Shown: positions 62,209-64,000 of the stretch, in pieces | Position numbering within the stretch: the first letter of the stretch is position 1 | How the letters are laid out: each line of letters starts with the position of its first letter | NCBI GenBank assembly: GCA_022813865.1 | Contig: JALDZX010000014.1 | Span: 372,001 to 436,000, forward strand | DNA from: Xylographa opegraphella | Taxonomy: Eukaryota | DNA: 64,000 nucleotides | Direction of reading: 5' to 3' | Translations under genes and position numbers: made by a program | Notes under the pieces: generated by a model | Told to the model about the DNA's origin: nothing | Database searches by the model: none | The model's input: only the letters and a program-made list of their open reading frames with translations

Positions 62209-64000
62209 CTACCGACACATGACTATCCATTCTCTGCGTAGTACGTCAGTAACCTTACTCGAGTCTTCCAGTGCTTCTTGAGTTTGCACGAAATGCCTCA
62301 TTAGAGGATGTTCGTGGCCGCCAATGGCTCTCATGCCCTCTAGCAGCTTTGGGCAGATTGCTCGGGCCTCATCGATTCTGTCTTGCAGTCGATAGCAATG
62401 CAAAAGGTAGTACATCGCCATAAGTCGATCAGGATGATGGCCGTTCCTAGCTTCATGCATACCTGCGTATTTTTCTATAGTGTCGCAAAGCTCGCTTTCC
62501 GCTTCTTCCCACCGTTGATCGCAAGCGAGTGTGTGTCCAAGACGAGCTCTCCCATACAATGTGCCAATGTAATTTGCTCCATAGTTTCTCATTACTATCT
62601 TGATCGCCGGGCGCAGGTCTGCCTCAGATTCCTTGTAAAGGCCTCGAGCGCATTTGATTCTGGCGCGGTTCGCAATGGCTATCAAAGTGAACGGGTTCTC
62701 AGGCCCGAGTCTTTCTTTACGTACCTTGATAACCTCGTCCATCATCTCTTGCGCACCGGCTAGGAGGCTGTCCCTCAGCATTAGGTCTGTCATTGCCAGA
62801 TTCTCGAGGATCTAGGTAAAAGTACAAGTGAGTAAAAAGAAATTACTGCATATCTACATACTCACAAGCAGAGTATCCCTATGCGTTGGGCCAATGGTTT
62901 TTGATCTTCTCATGCCCTCCAGTGCCTTTGTATGAAGGATCTTTGCTTCTTGCCACCGAAAATATCTTTGGTGTAGCCGTCCAAGCATGTCATAAGCACG
63001 GAGGACCTCGTCATGATCTGTCCCTAAAAGGCCCGAATATTCGTCGACTGCCGAGTCGCTTAGAATCTCCAATCCTTCCTTATTGCGGCCCTGCGCCGAA
63101 TAGGTACTTGCCAGCGTTATCATAATCGCAAGAATTCTCTCACGCTCGACTCCTGGGGTATTCTTGCACGCATTCAGTACCTGCTCCTGTAGCTTTGCGG
63201 CATCGTCGTATTTACCCCGTAGCCAGTACGTCTGTGCTAGAGCAAGCTGGATGCGAACGGCATCCGGGTGATCCAAATCACGAGCGGCACAAACAAAATC
63301 CCTGACCCGCGTCTGTAGTTCCTCTGCCTCTTTCCAGAGCCCAGCCTGCGCATAGACAAAACTATATTTCGCCAGCTGTACCGCGTCAGATCGGGAGAAC
63401 TTGGGGCGCACGGCCCAAAATGCCCCGAATCGATTCAGTTGCCGATTCGTATGGTGCTGCTTGACGATCCTTGCCTGCTGCTTCCGAACATGTTCTACAT
63501 GCGGTAAAAGGTCTCTCCGAAAATCTTCGTCGGCCACTTGCGTCCCCAATGGTGGTAGAAGAATTGATTGTGCTAAAGTTGTCGCCGCAGCTTGGCACCA
63601 GAGAGCTTGTCGTCCGGTTCTCATCTCCGGTTGGCATAGTGTCATCCTAGAGGGATCCGATACGTCTCGCATCATTTCAGGCCGCTCGCGCAGCCAATCA
63701 TGAATGATTGCATGGCAGGAGTAGCAATCCGAGTCCGCGTGGTAAGTAATCAAGGAATGCTGTGTAAGCTCTGTCAAAGCCTTCCGTACCCGAAATTCAT
63801 CAAAGATTCCCGCCTCAGAAATGCGAAGTGCGTCAGGTAGGACGGAAAGCCCACGGTCTGAGACAAGATATTCCAAAACCTCCATGCCTTTGGCTCTTAA
63901 CTTTGCCCCTAAAGTGATTGCATTCCACACAACAGACTGATTGCTGGCTAGCGCGCCTTTCTTAGAATTCTTTTCGATTATTGGACCATTGGCCGCCCTC
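62209..64000 (-). CDS. NB-ARC/TPR (fungal NLR-like) protein, C-terminal part; intron 62812-62865; 5' part lies outside the window
   Basis: Winged-helix-like ALTELTQHSLI...HAIIHDWLRER followed by kinesin-light-chain-type TPRs (LDHPDAV, LGTDHDEVL, IGPTHRDTL, LGPENPFTL); frame is open to the window edge. The NB domain itself is not visible. Confidence 0.72.

Noticed and set aside
1..64000. CRISPR arrays, transposons, rRNA, or stop-codon readthrough to a peroxisomal signal
   Set aside because: No repeat-spacer arrays, transposase/RT ORFs, terminal repeats or rRNA were seen. The stop codons inspected lacked a TGA-CTA context with a downstream SKL-type signal.

Overview
Gene-dense, intron-containing eukaryotic DNA from a filamentous ascomycete (Pezizomycotina-type short GT-AG introns with CTRAY branch sites); the species cannot be determined from this window. 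About 21 protein-coding genes are supported: ARG8 (partial), an orphan ORF, FBP26-type 6PF2K/FBPase-2, dynactin p150, TSC13, a GPI-type Ser/Thr-rich wall protein, a histidine phosphatase, a triple Zn2Cys6 protein, TOM1/HUWE1, a YeeE/YedE transporter, PRS, frataxin, APS3, DPH3, CTF8, a hypothetical protein, a Gyp5-like Rab-GAP, BET4, an Ama1-like APC/C activator, a polyQ PtaB/Mfg1-like LIM-binding protein and a partial NB-ARC/TPR gene. The window also holds an intron-containing tRNA-Thr(CGT), a non-coding host gene with snR190 and U14 C/D snoRNAs in its two introns, and a decayed amidase pseudogene. The main finding is that the Ama1-like gene can only make the conserved PFR-VLDAP motif if a 48-nt U2-type AT-AC intron (ATAAGT...CTGAT...CTAC) is removed; retention leaves an immediate in-frame TAA, making it a candidate meiotic splicing or editing switch. 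The histidine phosphatase ends in a PCNA PIP-box/degron-like motif. All exon structures and family calls were made by eye, without database searches.
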